Below the pieces are notes generated by a model. That model had not been told where the DNA came from and did not search any database. It saw only the letters and a list, made by a program, of their open reading frames with translations. The position numbers were made by a program, and so were the translations under genes. From Gammaproteobacteria bacterium (GTDB taxonomy: Bacteria; Pseudomonadota; Gammaproteobacteria; UBA4575), in contig CBDCUI010000009.1 of assembly GCA_965222615.1 (NCBI GenBank), forward strand, positions 672,001 through 736,000: 64,000 nucleotides of DNA, written 5' to 3'. Every line of letters begins with the position of its first letter. The stretch's first letter is position 1. Positions 41,637-52,944 of this stretch are shown here, in pieces.

Positions 41637-41789
41637 TTTTCAATCTTGCCTTTTCTTACTTACATTACCTACATTTTTGCCTGAAAATTTAAGAGGGCGA
41701 TTCTACCACGTAACCCATAGTGAACAACAAAAATTCCTGATTGCATCTAAAAACCAGCAAGATTTCCGAATTTGCCTCGATTTATAAAA

Positions 41790-42698
41790 CTAACTTAAGC
41801 ATTTAGGTGCAATACGACCATCTTCCAATACATTACCCACACCATAAAAATTATCTTGCTCATCATAAATTCTAACGAGCCCATTTGATGGCGCTCCTTC
41901 TACCCATATGGGAAGACCATTTTGTACTTTCTGCATGGTTTTTTCAGCTACAGACACAGCAGGGTAGTCTTGCAAGGCACTATCAGTTGATATTAATAAA
42001 TTATCTAATAATGAAGGCTGTTGCTCAGCATAATGTTGTAATTCTGAAAGAGTCGGCAATTTTGAGTCAACAAAAGGTCCAATACTCGTTCGTCTAAGAT
42101 TGATTACATGTGCACCACAGCCCAGTTTTTTTCCTAAATCTTCCACTAAGCTACGCACATAAGTGCCTTTTGAACAGTGTACATGCATAGCTAAACAATC
42201 TCCTTGTCGAGTTATTAAATCGAACTTATATATATGTACGGTTCTAGAACGTCGTTCTACTTCTATTCCTTGCCTGGCCAATTTATGCAATCTTGTCCCA
42301 TGATGTTTGATGGCAGAAAACATTGGTGGAATTTGATCGATTACACCTGTCAACTGTTCTTTGCTTTGAATGATGGCTTCATCAGTGACTAAAGATGCAT
42401 CCTTAGTCTTTAATACATTGCCATCCGCATCTCCTGTATCGGTAGTGACACCAAGCTGCAGTGTGACCTCGTATTGTTTATCTGCATTGAGTAGATAATT
42501 AGAAATTTTGGTTGCCTTGCCAAAACATATGATTAACATGCCGGTCGCAAGTGGATCTAAACTTCCGGTATGACCAGCTTTCGCAGCATTAAATAGTTTT
42601 TTTACTTTGCGTAATGCTAAATTTGAAGTGATGCCAGCAGGTTTATCAAGCAACAATAAACCATTTAATACGCGCCCTTTGCGTTGGTTAGCTCGCAT
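41790..42698 (-). CDS. truB: tRNA pseudouridine(55) synthase
   Basis: DKPAG, KAGHTGSLDPLATG, CSKGTYVRSL. Confidence 0.96.
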   Translation of the reverse strand: MRANQRKGRVLNGLLLLDKPAGITSNLALRKVKKLFNAAKAGHTGSLDPLATGMLIICFGKATKISNYLLNADKQYEVTLQLGVTTDTGDADGNVLKTKDASLVTDEAIIQSKEQLTGVIDQIPPMFSAIKHHGTRLHKLARQGIEVERRSRTVHIYKFDLITRQGDCLAMHVHCSKGTYVRSLVEDLGKKLGCGAHVINLRRTSIGPFVDSKLPTLSELQHYAEQQPSLLDNLLISTDSALQDYPAVSVAEKTMQKVQNGLPIWVEGAPSNGLVRIYDEQDNFYGVGNVLEDGRIAPKCLS

Positions 42699-42825
42699 AC
42701 TTTACTAGATAAAGATACAAATTGTATTTAGTAAGATCTTGTAGCTTCTCCAACTCATCAGTTATTTCAAATATTATTTATGATCTAGTGCAATATGAGG
42801 GGTGTACATTTACTACTTATTTAAA

Positions 42826-42954
42826 GAAGCCCTGATTTATTAATGAAATGACTGAGATTAGGCAAAATGATTTCGAAAAAACGGAGTGTATATAGGCATA
42901 CATGAGTATTTTGAGAAATCATTTTAACGACATATCAGAATAAATCAGGGCTTC
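42826..42954. repeat. RPE-like palindromic element overlapping the rbfA 3' end
   Basis: Perfect 16-bp IR gaagccctgatttatt / aataaatcagggcttc; core acggagtgtata...tacatgagta. Confidence 0.75.
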
Positions 42955-43298
42955 CTTAAGCTCTCTTGAATCAGTTGCTCAATCCTCTCACTTTTGGCTT
43001 CAGTATCATCAATAATAAATCGTAAATCCGGCATTTTACGTAGTTTTAAATTGCGACTAAGCTGAGTTTTTAAGAACCCACTTGCACTTTGTAAACCCTT
43101 GAGCGTCTCTGCAGCATCTTGCTGAATATCTATGGGTCCGAAGTAAACTCTTGCCAAGCCCAAGTCATTGGTCACCACTACATCATAGATAATAATTTCT
43201 GACACACGGGGATCTTTTACTTCGTTACGCAATAGCATAGTAAGTTCACGACGAAGTAATTCTCCCACACGCAGAGACCTTGCTGACTCCTGTGGCAT
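42945..43298 (-). CDS. rbfA: Ribosome-binding factor A
   Basis: RSLRV, KDPR, DLGLARVY, LRKMPDLRF; located between infB and truB. Confidence 0.93.
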   Translation of the reverse strand: MPQESARSLRVGELLRRELTMLLRNEVKDPRVSEIIIYDVVVTNDLGLARVYFGPIDIQQDAAETLKGLQSASGFLKTQLSRNLKLRKMPDLRFIIDDTEAKSERIEQLIQESLRKP

Positions 43299-43324
43299 GC
43301 TAGATATGTTTATTATTAATAATT

Positions 43325-45865
43325 CTAAATAGTTCGAGCGACTTCGGTGCGTTCATAGACTTCAATTTGGTCGCCGACTTTTACATCGTTGTAATTCTTA
43401 ACGGCGATACCGCACTCGGTGCCTGCCCGTACTTCATTGACATCATCTTTATGACGCCGCAAAGACTCAAGTTCACCTTCATAGATAACCACATTGTCTC
43501 GAAGTACGCGAATGGGATTACCACGGCGAATCACGCCTTCAACTACTTGTGTTCCTGCAACCGCTCCCATTTTTGAAGACCTAAATACGTCTTTCACCTC
43601 TGCCAAACCGATAATCTCTTCACGCAATTCTGGCGAAAGCAAACCACTCATTGCTTTTTTTACATCATCGATGGTTTCGTAAATGATGCTGTAATAACGA
43701 ATATCGATACCTGAATCTGCTGCTAAGCGTTTCGCAGCATTATCCGCTCGTACATTAAAACCAATAACAATAGCATTAGAAGCCTCTGCTAAATTTATGT
43801 CTGATTCATTGATACCGCCGACACTCGACATTACAATTTTTACTTTTACTTCATCTGTAGAAAGTTTCTCTAAAGAATCGCGTAAAGCTTCTGCACTACC
43901 CTGCACATCTGCTTTAATCAATACATTTATTGAAGCCGCTGCTCCATCCCCAATTTCATTAAATATATTTTCTAGTTTAGATGCTTGCTGTGCAGCAAAT
44001 CGAGTATCTCTGGATTTGCTTTTACGCAAATCAACAATTTCACGAACTTTGCGTTCATCTGTAACAACTATGGCTTCATCTCCAGCATTAGAGGTGCCAG
44101 AGAGCCCCAATACGACCACTGGAGTAGAGGGACCTGCCGTTTCAATTTCTTGACCATGTTCATTGAACATGGCACGTACACGCCCAAATTCTTCGCCTGT
44201 AAGTAGCATATCGCCTTTTGATAACAATCCCTGTTGCACCAACACGGTAGCAACCGGGCCACGGCCTTTGTCCAATGAAGATTCAATGACAACACCTGTT
44301 GCTGGCCCGTGGTCAACGGCCTTTAATTCTAAAATTTCCGCTTGTAGTGAAATTGCTTCCAGCAAATCATCGATACCTTCACCGGTCAGGGCCGAAACAT
44401 TGATAAAGATATTGTCGCCGCCCCATTCTTCTGGAATGACTTCAAGTGCAGCCAGCTCGTTACGAACACGATCAGGGTCAGAGTCTTCTTTATCGATTTT
44501 ATTCACAGCAACAATCATTGGAACATTTGCTGCACGAGAGTGTTCAACTGCTTCCGCTGTTTGTGGCATCACACCATCATCTGCAGCGGTTACTAACACA
44601 ACAATATCCGTAACTTCAGCACCTCTGGCACGCATCGCTGTGAACGCAGCGTGACCCGGTGTATCCAAAAACGTAATGGTGCCCTTATCGGTATTAACAC
44701 TATAGGCGCCTATGTGTTGGGTAATTCCACCGGCTTCGCCGGAAGCGACTTTAGTGCGACGAATATAATCAAGTAAAGATGTTTTCCCGTGGTCTACATG
44801 ACCCATGACCGTTACTACGGGATTACGCGTATGCGCTTGTGTATCATCATATTCAACTTGTAATACATCTGCCTCAATATCAGCAGCTTGCATCGGTTTC
44901 GCTTCGTGGCCAAGCTCTTCCACTACCAAGATTGCTGTATCTTGATCGATGACTTGATTAATGGTCGCCATCACACCCATTTTCATCATCACAGCAATAA
45001 CTTCCGCGGCTTTAATGGCCATCTTTTGCGCCAGATCCGACACAGAAATACTCTCTGGTACAAGTATTTCTCGCTTAATCGGTTCAGTGGGTTTTTCAAA
45101 TTTATGCTTATCGCTTGGTGCTACTTTCCCTGGTCTACGTTGTTTGGGCTTGGCTTTCCGTTTGCCGCGCTTGTCACTGGCAACATGCAATTCACGACGT
45201 TTGATTACTGTATCCGTTAATTCCTTTTCGGGTTCAGCTGGTTCTTCTTGCTGCGGTTCTTCAACTTTTACTTCAGATTCTTGTACTTCTTCCTCTTGTG
45301 ACTGTAACGGTTCTTGAGCAAGCTCTTGAACTTCAGGCACTGCTTGTTCTGTTTTTTCCTCTACTAGCTGGTCAACTTTTTCAGCGGCTTTTTGCTGCTC
45401 TTGTTCCGCTAATTTTTCTTTTTCTCTCGCTTCTGCTTCTCTTGCTGACTGTTCTAATTGCTCAGCAACTTGCTTTTCTCTTTCAGCTTCTTGCTCTAAT
45501 CTTTTTTGCTCAGCTTTGGCCTCTTCTTCTAATACAACACTTCTTTTCACGTAAGTGCGTTTGCGCCGCACTTCAACATTAACGGTTGTACCACTAGCAC
45601 CGCCTCGGCCTTGCGCTCCACTAACCTTCAATTGTGAAGTAGTTTTTCTCCGCAAGGTAATTTTTCTACCATCGTCTGCAGGTGCAGATATAACCTTGCT
45701 ACGATTGTTGCGTAAATGGTCAAGCAATTGCATTTTTTGCTCATCACTAACAACTTGATCCGCTGCATCAAATTCCATACCAGCCTCCGAAAATTGCTCT
45801 AGCAATTTCTCGACTGGTGTTTTGACTACTTCAGCTAATTGTTTAACAGTAACTTCAGACATCAT
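43325..45865 (-). CDS. infB: Translation initiation factor IF-2
   Basis: [27 protein letters not shown]. Confidence 0.98.
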   Translation of the reverse strand: MMSEVTVKQLAEVVKTPVEKLLEQFSEAGMEFDAADQVVSDEQKMQLLDHLRNNRSKVISAPADDGRKITLRRKTTSQLKVSGAQGRGGASGTTVNVEVRRKRTYVKRSVVLEEEAKAEQKRLEQEAEREKQVAEQLEQSAREAEAREKEKLAEQEQQKAAEKVDQLVEEKTEQAVPEVQELAQEPLQSQEEEVQESEVKVEEPQQEEPAEPEKELTDTVIKRRELHVASDKRGKRKAKPKQRRPGKVAPSDKHKFEKPTEPIKREILVPESISVSDLAQKMAIKAAEVIAVMMKMGVMATINQVIDQDTAILVVEELGHEAKPMQAADIEADVLQVEYDDTQAHTRNPVVTVMGHVDHGKTSLLDYIRRTKVASGEAGGITQHIGAYSVNTDKGTITFLDTPGHAAFTAMRARGAEVTDIVVLVTAADDGVMPQTAEAVEHSRAANVPMIVAVNKIDKEDSDPDRVRNELAALEVIPEEWGGDNIFINVSALTGEGIDDLLEAISLQAEILELKAVDHGPATGVVIESSLDKGRGPVATVLVQQGLLSKGDMLLTGEEFGRVRAMFNEHGQEIETAGPSTPVVVLGLSGTSNAGDEAIVVTDERKVREIVDLRKSKSRDTRFAAQQASKLENIFNEIGDGAAASINVLIKADVQGSAEALRDSLEKLSTDEVKVKIVMSSVGGINESDINLAEASNAIVIGFNVRADNAAKRLAADSGIDIRYYSIIYETIDDVKKAMSGLLSPELREEIIGLAEVKDVFRSSKMGAVAGTQVVEGVIRRGNPIRVLRDNVVIYEGELESLRRHKDDVNEVRAGTECGIAVKNYNDVKVGDQIEVYERTEVARTI

Positions 45866-45901
45866 TAATAATTATTAAACTAATATTTTTTAAAAAACCT
45901 G

Positions 45902-47407
45902 TTAACTTGTTGCACCTTCATTTTCAAACCAAGGCGCACGCGCAAGCATGATTAGTGAGCCAGCACGCTCGGCATCTAAGCCATCTATATCCAATAAATC
46001 ATCCACAGCCTGTTCGGCCAAATCTTCCATAGTGGAAATTCCTCTACAGGCAAGCTCAAAGGCTAAATCTTTATCCATGCCATCCATATTTAACAATTCC
46101 GCAGATGGCTCTGCCTCGGCAAACTTTTCTTCAACAGCAATTGCAGAAGTTAACAATACATCACGTGCACGCGTGCGCAGTTCTTCAACAATCTCTTCAT
46201 CGAATTCTTCAACTTCGATTAATTCTTTTGGTGGCACATATGCAATTTCTTCAACACTTGAAAAACCTTCCTGCGCCAAGATCACCGCAACTTCTTCGTC
46301 AACATCAAGTTGTGACATGAACATATCAACAATTTGACGTGTTTCCACTTCACTCTTTTCTTCTGCTTGACCTTCTGTCATTACATTGAGCTCCCAACCG
46401 GTAAGTTGACAAGCCAATTTTACATTTTGTCCACCACGACCAATAGCTTGAGATAGTTTTTCTTCATCTACAGCGATATCCATGCTTTTCTTGTCTTCAT
46501 CAACGACGATAGATGTCACTGCTGCTGGTGACATGGCATTAATCACAAACTGAGCTGGATTTTCATCCCATAGAATAATATCGATACGTTCACCAGCCAG
46601 TTCATTTGACACAGATTGCACACGTGAACCTCGCATACCTACACATGCACCAACAGGATCTAATCTAGGATCATTGGATTTCACTGCAATTTTTGCTCGC
46701 AATCCTGGGTCACGCGCAGCTGATATCACTTCAATCAGCCCTTGCCCAACTTCAGGTACTTCAAGTTTAAATAATTCAATTAAAAACTCTGGCGCAGTAC
46801 GAGTTAAAAACAATTGCGGACCGCGTGTTTCTTCGCGCACTTCTTGTAAAAATGCACGCACGCGATCACCTGGACGCATGGCTTCGCGTGCGATCATATG
46901 CTCACGTGGAATGAATCCTTCAGCATTGCCACCCAAATCAATATAGGTACCTGCATGGTCACTACGTTTCACCACACCCATCACCAGTTCACCAACACGA
47001 TCTCGAAAAGCATCGACAACCTGTGACCGCTCTGCTTCACGCACTTTTTGCACAATAACTTGCTTGGCGGTATGAGCAGAGATACGACCAAATTCCACTG
47101 ATTCAATCTGCTCCTCAATGTATTCACCCACTTGCATTTCAGGGTGATCTTTTATTGCATAGCTATGTAGTATTTGCCGTTCCGGTGATTCAAATTCGGG
47201 GTCTTCATCGTCCATCACTAACCAACGCCGAAACGATTCGTAGTCACCAGATTCTCGATCTATTGCAACGCGCACATCCATTTCCAGACCATGCTTTTTT
47301 CGTGTTGCTGTAGCTAATGCCGCCTCAATCGCTTCAAAGATAATCTCTTTATCCACGCCTTTTTCATTTGATACTGCATCAACAACTAACAAAATTTCTT
47401 TATTCAT
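45902..47407 (-). CDS. nusA: Transcription termination/antitermination factor NusA
   Basis: MNKEILLV start, S1 and KH domains, [19 protein letters not shown]. Confidence 0.97.
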   Translation of the reverse strand: MNKEILLVVDAVSNEKGVDKEIIFEAIEAALATATRKKHGLEMDVRVAIDRESGDYESFRRWLVMDDEDPEFESPERQILHSYAIKDHPEMQVGEYIEEQIESVEFGRISAHTAKQVIVQKVREAERSQVVDAFRDRVGELVMGVVKRSDHAGTYIDLGGNAEGFIPREHMIAREAMRPGDRVRAFLQEVREETRGPQLFLTRTAPEFLIELFKLEVPEVGQGLIEVISAARDPGLRAKIAVKSNDPRLDPVGACVGMRGSRVQSVSNELAGERIDIILWDENPAQFVINAMSPAAVTSIVVDEDKKSMDIAVDEEKLSQAIGRGGQNVKLACQLTGWELNVMTEGQAEEKSEVETRQIVDMFMSQLDVDEEVAVILAQEGFSSVEEIAYVPPKELIEVEEFDEEIVEELRTRARDVLLTSAIAVEEKFAEAEPSAELLNMDGMDKDLAFELACRGISTMEDLAEQAVDDLLDIDGLDAERAGSLIMLARAPWFENEGATS

Positions 47408-47424
47408 ACTCTTTAACTCAATGT

Positions 47425-47901
47425 TCAACCATTAAATTTAATATCTACATCCAATTTTGCATTTTTAATTGCGTTGATAGGAACCGTATAGAAATCCTTC
47501 CCATCAACTTTAACTTCAATATCTTCATCTCCAACTTTTTCTAAGATACCGCTAAAATTCCTACGCTCTCCAATGGCCCAAAGTGTTTTAATTTTGACTT
47601 TACTGCCAATAACACCTTTCATTTGCTCGGCACTAAATAACGGACGATTAATTCCCGGTGATGAAATCTCCAATGTATAAGGCACTTGAATTGGATCTTC
47701 TACATCTAATACAGCACTTAATTGCTGACTTACTCTTGAACAATCATCCAGTGTTATTCCTTCTTGTCGATCGATGTAAATGCGCACATGCGCGGTCTTT
47801 ACACCAGATTGACATTCCAGGCCCCAAAAGTCGTAGCCCATGCCGACAATCACTGGCTCAACAACTGGCAAAATGCCATATGGGTCTCTATACAAATTCA
47901 T
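47425..47901 (-). CDS. rimP: Ribosome maturation factor RimP
   Basis: [21 protein letters not shown]; upstream of nusA. Confidence 0.95.
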   Translation of the reverse strand: MNLYRDPYGILPVVEPVIVGMGYDFWGLECQSGVKTAHVRIYIDRQEGITLDDCSRVSQQLSAVLDVEDPIQVPYTLEISSPGINRPLFSAEQMKGVIGSKVKIKTLWAIGERRNFSGILEKVGDEDIEVKVDGKDFYTVPINAIKNAKLDVDIKFNG

Positions 47902-47910
47902 TTACACAAT

Positions 47911-47935
47911 AAAAAAATGGGCTTATGAGCCCATT
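47911..47935 (-). terminator. rimP leader terminator/attenuator 2
   Basis: aatgggctcataagcccatt followed by a T-run, just upstream of the rimP start. Confidence 0.7.
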
Positions 47936-48016
47936 CTTATTAAATTCATTTCCTTATGCAGCGACATTTGCAACTACCTTCTCAATCTTTACAGAATGAG
48001 AAAAACAAGCTGCAAT

Positions 48017-48038
48017 AAAAAAGGCCCACTTGGGGCCC
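48017..48038 (-). terminator. rimP leader terminator/attenuator 1
   Basis: ggccc-caagt-gggcc followed by T6. Confidence 0.65.
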
Positions 48039-48086
48039 TCCTATTCATTGATTAAACAATGACTTATCACTTATCAACTGCGCAAT

Positions 48087-48115
48087 ATTATAAGTAAAAA
48101 AAATCACTTCATCAA
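48087..48115 (-). promoter_or_regulatory. Sigma70 promoter for the rimP-nusA-infB operon
   Basis: TTGATG-N17-TATAAT. Confidence 0.7.
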
Positions 48116-48218
48116 GCCAGTGACAAAAATAGACATCATAAGCTTACCAATGGGAGCAATTTGAAGATAAACCATGAATTCATCGAATTAAGAATTGATA
48201 TTAATTAGCAATGGACAC

Positions 48219-48252
48219 AAAAAAGCCTGAATACTTAGCATATTCAGGCTTT
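48219..48252 (-). terminator. Intrinsic terminator after the truncated globin gene
   Basis: gcctgaata-loop-tattcaggc with a T6 tail on the minus strand. Confidence 0.8.
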
Positions 48253-48271
48253 CTTGACTGATTAAGCGTTT

Positions 48272-48634
48272 TTAGACGTCGACAATATCACCTTTCATTG
48301 AATATAAAATGCAAAGTACTTCGTCACGTTCTTTTTGACCTACATTGTTTTTATCCAATGCAGCGAGTACGTCATCACATACAGCATTAAATTCAGTATC
48401 ATTAATATTCATGCCTCGATGTGCGGTGAGCATGTCTTGCCCAGTATACTCTTGGGGTCCACCAATACCTGAGCAGAAAAATTCCCATACCACTTGCTTG
48501 ACCTTTTCACCGTCACTATTGATATAGCGATTTTGTACTTTGGGGTTACTCGTATGATTGGCCCAAACATCCGCTACGATCTGTCTTATTTTATCGCCTC
48601 CGCCCAAACGGTCATATAAACTGGCTTCACTCAT
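48272..48634 (-). CDS. Group I truncated hemoglobin
   Basis: SLYDRLGG, GGPQEYTGQDM..AHRGM; SD gagag/ggag. Confidence 0.9.
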   Translation of the reverse strand: MSEASLYDRLGGGDKIRQIVADVWANHTSNPKVQNRYINSDGEKVKQVVWEFFCSGIGGPQEYTGQDMLTAHRGMNINDTEFNAVCDDVLAALDKNNVGQKERDEVLCILYSMKGDIVDV

Positions 48635-48922
48635 TTGCAAAACTCCTCTCTTAAATTATTGAAATTATTACGTCTTCTTTTACAAGTTTTGAGGCCTTAT
48701 TGTACCTATATCTAGACACCAGTTTCTAGCAAATATCTATACCTAATCCTAGTTGCAACGGCACTTTGAAAATTGGCTTTTAATTGCAGCTTTTGGGTCC
48801 GTAACACTAGCCAAGTTACTGAATTATGTGGGTAAATATCGATTGCAGAACAGTCTAAGAGATAAAATGCAGCCTATTCAGATAGCTAATAATAGGACTT
48901 CGTATTTGCTAAAGAATCTTAA

Positions 48923-49843
48923 TCACAGCAACAATTTGCCTGATCCTTGACTTTGGTTGAACCTTGTTAAGGTGTCTGCGGTGCGCTGATAACCAAACTC
49001 AATGAGTTCCTCTGCCCGATCAAATTCATACCACGTGCAAATATTACGTGGGATCTCAATTACCACATCTGGACGATAGGATGCCAATTTGAACCGAGCC
49101 ACTGATGTCTGCATAGTATCCATAGACTGTGTAACAAGATTAAAAACGCTTAACTCTTCAGAACTATCGTCAGTCGTTTTAGGCAATAGATTATCGATAA
49201 ATTTCTCAATCGCTTGTTGATATTTATTCTTTGCCACAGCTGTTTTTTCTTTTTGTTTTTTCTTTTGCTTTGGTTTGAATACTTCATCGGGACCATTTAG
49301 TGCCACCGCAATCGTCATTTGAGTATCATCATTTAGTGTAGGTGCAATCGGTATTGGATTGATAATACCTCCATCCACTAGCACTCGACCTGACAATTTA
49401 ACCGGCGAAAATATCATTGGTATGGCCATCGAGGCTCGAATTGCTTCAAACAAAGGCCCTTGTGTGAACCAGATTTCTCTTTGTTCGACTAGATCCGTTG
49501 CGACAGCAGTAAAACCAATAGGTAAATCTTCAATATTGTGGTCCCCGATCATCTCATTGATCACTTCAATGATTCGCTCACCTTTGAAAATCGATTTTTT
49601 ACTGAAGGATACGTCCAACAAACGCAAAATGTTTCGCCTTTTTAAAGCAGTGATCCATTCTGTGTAGACATCAAGCTCACCAGCTGCATAGATCCCGCCT
49701 ATCAAGGCACCAATTGATGCACCAGAGATATATTGAATTTTATAACCGCGTTCTTCTAAACAGTGGATAACGCCGATGTGTGCTAAACCTCTCGCGGCTC
49801 CACTACCAAGTACTAATGATATATTGAGCTTTTTTTTACTCAC
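48923..49843 (-). CDS. Patatin-like phospholipase
   Basis: GSGAARGLAHIGV, GASIG nucleophile, DGG. Confidence 0.92.
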   Translation of the reverse strand: MSKKKLNISLVLGSGAARGLAHIGVIHCLEERGYKIQYISGASIGALIGGIYAAGELDVYTEWITALKRRNILRLLDVSFSKKSIFKGERIIEVINEMIGDHNIEDLPIGFTAVATDLVEQREIWFTQGPLFEAIRASMAIPMIFSPVKLSGRVLVDGGIINPIPIAPTLNDDTQMTIAVALNGPDEVFKPKQKKKQKEKTAVAKNKYQQAIEKFIDNLLPKTTDDSSEELSVFNLVTQSMDTMQTSVARFKLASYRPDVVIEIPRNICTWYEFDRAEELIEFGYQRTADTLTRFNQSQGSGKLLL

Positions 49844-49953
49844 TTTGTTTTAAAAATCTCCTTCTTAATTTAAGAAAAGCCCTAATCATTCCTGTAGACC
49901 AAGTTGACCTCATTATAATGGAGATAAAAAAACCGTATACATTCGAACTGCAT

Positions 49954-51360
49954 TTATAAGTAAGGTGAAAATAACCACGCTATACCATCACGTATTTTTG
50001 TAAGCAATGAGCGCCCATCTACTTCTTCTAAAGTGACTTGTCTGCATGTTGGTAAGGCACCATCAACATATCGAATTAATTGTTCAGCAATATTGGCATC
50101 ATAAATTTCCAACCCGATTTCATAATTAAGCCGCAGACTTCGAGGGTCAATATTTGCCGAGCCAATCAAGCTATAGTGATTATCAACAACAAATAATTTT
50201 GAATGCGCAAATGGACCTGGCTGATAGTAAATGCATAGTCCCCTTTCAAGTAATTCCCATAGCATGTGGCGTGATGCCCAATGCACATAAGCCAAGTTAT
50301 TCTTCTCAGGAAGAATGATGTTTACTTTGACACCACGTAATGCAGCAAGTTGCAATGCACTGATTAATTCACGACTTGGTAAAAAATACGGTGTCATTAA
50401 AGTGATCTGACTCACCGCAGAATTGATAGCCGTGAGCAAGATGACGGATAAATGATCAAGGCTTTGGCCAGGACCATCAGTTATCGCTCGACAAATAGCG
50501 GGGTCGTCGGATAAATTTTCTATAGCACTGCTATTCGCAAGGCCCTTCCCTCCGGCAAAACGCCAATCCGATTCAAATACGCTTTTTAATTGTGAAGTTA
50601 TATCCCCTTGAATTTTAAAATGAATATCAACAAGCGACTTGGTAGCGCTATCATTATGGTAGTACTCATCGCTTATATTCATTCCTCCAAGATAGCTTGT
50701 TTCATCATCAATGATTAATAACTTCCGATGATTGCGTAAATTTATATATAAGTTAAAAGGAAAAAATTTGGGCGGTAAAAACAGTAGAGCCTGAATACCA
50801 TGTTTTTCTAATGCACTACGTACTTTTTTCCATGAATAAAATTCACCAATTCCATCAATTAATACATATACGCTTACACCGCGTTTATGTGCATCAATTA
50901 AAGAATTTACAAACTGACTACCGATTTCGTCATTTTTAAAAATATAGACACATAAATATATATTTTTTCTTGCGCCATTAATGGCGTTCAACATAGACGG
51001 ATAGGTTTTTTCACCTGCATATAGAATTTCTATCGTGTTGCCACCGATCAAAGGCAATTTAGTAATTTGCGATGAAACATTATGCAAATCTTTCAGCGAT
51101 TCAGGTATTTTTGCATCGAATGTTTCTGCATGTTTATTAAACTGAGCTTGAGATAAAGTAGGTTGAAGCTTTTGTGCACGCGTGTGTACGCGGTTTATGC
51201 CAAACAAAAAATATAATAGTGGGCCAAAAAAAGGCAGGAATAGACATACGGCAATCCAACCAAACGCAGCTCTCGGGTCTTTCTTATATATTAGTGCATG
51301 AACTGCCGCATAAACTGCCAGCAATAGCAAGAAAATACTGATAAGAAAGATGTAGGACAT
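49954..51360 (-). CDS. cls: Cardiolipin synthase (PLD family)
   Basis: Two HKD motifs (HRKLLIID, HSKLFVVD) and two N-terminal TM helices. Start approximate. Confidence 0.85.
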   Translation of the reverse strand: MSYIFLISIFLLLLAVYAAVHALIYKKDPRAAFGWIAVCLFLPFFGPLLYFLFGINRVHTRAQKLQPTLSQAQFNKHAETFDAKIPESLKDLHNVSSQITKLPLIGGNTIEILYAGEKTYPSMLNAINGARKNIYLCVYIFKNDEIGSQFVNSLIDAHKRGVSVYVLIDGIGEFYSWKKVRSALEKHGIQALLFLPPKFFPFNLYINLRNHRKLLIIDDETSYLGGMNISDEYYHNDSATKSLVDIHFKIQGDITSQLKSVFESDWRFAGGKGLANSSAIENLSDDPAICRAITDGPGQSLDHLSVILLTAINSAVSQITLMTPYFLPSRELISALQLAALRGVKVNIILPEKNNLAYVHWASRHMLWELLERGLCIYYQPGPFAHSKLFVVDNHYSLIGSANIDPRSLRLNYEIGLEIYDANIAEQLIRYVDGALPTCRQVTLEEVDGRSLLTKIRDGIAWLFSPYL

Positions 51361-51434
51361 ATCAAGTTTCAAATAGAGCTACGTATTAGAAAGAAATTTA
51401 ACCACACTTAGGTGTGGTAGTGGTGATCAGAATA

Positions 51435-51521
51435 GGAATCGCTTTGCGTAATAGATATGTGTGACTTCGTCACGCTTAATTTGCGCATAATACCCATGCG
51501 CACGTGTCCCACTCGCAAGTG
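51435..51521. repeat. tRNA-associated hairpin module (copy 1)
   Basis: ggaatcgct...aatttgcg..taataccca..cgca..tgt, also present at 53129-53178 and 53382-53431. Confidence 0.7.
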
Positions 51522-51563
51522 TGGTAGCGGGGGCAGGATTTGAACCTGCGACCTTCGGGTTAT
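51522..51563 (-). repeat. Duplicated 3' 42 bp of tRNA-fMet (att-like site)
   Basis: Identical to 52868-52909 (tggtagcgggggcaggatttgaacctgcgaccttcgggttat). Confidence 0.88.
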
Positions 51564-51794
51564 AAGCCTGTTTACTTTATATAGCGCACCAAGAGTCAAT
51601 TACTTACACACCTAAATTAGTCACATAGACACATTTATGGCCACACTTGTGACTATAGTTATCAAATCACTTGTGTATTACTTCCACTAGTTGACCTTTT
51701 CTCGAAATTGGCTGAAAAATAAACTTATACCCCTTTTCACCCATTAGGGAGAAAATAGGACTTTAATTTTGATTCAATCAAATGGGTGAAAACT

Positions 51795-52589
51795 ATGGCG
51801 CAGTTCTTGAGAGATCTATTTATAACAAATACAAAAATTAAAGAAGATGACATTATTCAACTAATAGAAGTATTTGCTAATAGAGGGAAAGCTCTAATTG
51901 AATATAAGAAAAATGCAGGAGTTAATGATTACAAACCTGGACTCTCCTTAGTAATTAGATTTGATGGTAAAGGTTACCGTCTTTTTAGCACAGAAGAATT
52001 ACTTAGGCATTTTAATAGAGCAAAGAAAGTAGAAAGAATGATATTCACAATCGAGTCCACAGAAAGCATAAAAAGTAACAGAGCAGCTGGTGAATATTTA
52101 GAAGTTAGATTTGATACAAAAGATTTAAATAATTGCTACCTACAAGTTTCATCAGATGATTCAGATTGGGTTGATTCTTCGTACTCGGCTGTACAAGAAT
52201 TTTTAAATAAATGTAAAACAAAATATGGTTGGGTAAGAACTGGATGGACTACCTTAGCAATTCAACTTTTAGGTGTGATAGGTGGTTTTGGTCTTAGTTT
52301 ATGGGCTGCATCAATAATTGCACCAAGTCTGAAAATAGAGAATGCATTTATTATCACTTTTTTCTTTGCCTTACTTATATTCTCTAACTTCTGGGCATAT
52401 ATATACAAATGGGTTTTATTGTATGTAGATTCAGTGTTTCCAAATATTCACTTTTATCGTCCTAATAAAGACCGTATTAACTGGTTGATGCAAGCTCTAA
52501 TAGGCGGTATTGCCACAGCATTCGCACTTTGGATATTGAATTTAATATTTAAATATATTGGGAGTGTTCTTAGCGGAATACCGAAGTAG
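51795..52589 (+). CDS. Hypothetical membrane protein (soluble N-domain plus about 3 C-terminal TM helices)
   Basis: Long AT-rich ORF with hydrophobic C-terminal segments; no recognised family. Confidence 0.75.
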   Translation: MAQFLRDLFITNTKIKEDDIIQLIEVFANRGKALIEYKKNAGVNDYKPGLSLVIRFDGKGYRLFSTEELLRHFNRAKKVERMIFTIESTESIKSNRAAGEYLEVRFDTKDLNNCYLQVSSDDSDWVDSSYSAVQEFLNKCKTKYGWVRTGWTTLAIQLLGVIGGFGLSLWAASIIAPSLKIENAFIITFFFALLIFSNFWAYIYKWVLLYVDSVFPNIHFYRPNKDRINWLMQALIGGIATAFALWILNLIFKYIGSVLSGIPK

Positions 52590-52867
52590 GTACTAATTTA
52601 AATAAGTGCCGTGGACACACAGGCAACTTCAATCAAGTTGTAGGCATTTAGTAATGCTACTATTTTTATTAGTGGTCAAAAGCAAGGTTTTAAATTACGG
52701 CCTTCGGGCTATTACCCCGATTCTTTGTTAGATACACTTGTGTAATTAAGGACTTAATTGCAATGAAGTGACAAAAATCACACTTCTAACTGTCACACTG
52801 AGTGGCAAATAAAATCACTAGTGACTCTATTTAGAACACTAACTAGATGATTTTATGAAATTTTATT

Positions 52868-52944
52868 TGGTAGCGGGGGCAGGATTTGAACCTGCGACCT
52901 TCGGGTTATGAGCCCGACGAGCTGCCAGACTGCTCCACCCCGCA
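52868..52944 (-). tRNA. tRNA-fMet (initiator, CAT)
   Basis: tgcggggtggagcagtctggcagctcgtcgggctCATaacccgaaggtcgcaggttcaaatcctgcccccgctacca: three G-C pairs in the anticodon stem, 1:72 mismatch, encoded CCA. Confidence 0.97.

Larger units (their letters stand above)
51522..52909. mobile_element. ~1.35-kb genomic islet integrated at tRNA-fMet, no integrase
   Basis: Bounded by a 42-bp direct repeat of the tRNA 3' end; a single AT-rich cargo ORF. Confidence 0.7.

Noticed and set aside
43367-46946. Many 60-160 aa plus-strand ORFs opposite infB and nusA (similar ones oppose pnp, guaB and the nuo genes)
   Set aside because: These are antisense shadows of conserved genes with no independent coding signal.
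51522-51570. Second tRNA-Met gene
   Set aside because: Only the 3' 42 bp are present; the D-arm and acceptor 5' strand are missing and the anticodon is altered, so it is an att-like duplicate.
51408-51599. 63-aa ORF (..RRSQVQILPPLP..)
   Set aside because: It is a translation of the tRNA fragment and hairpin module.
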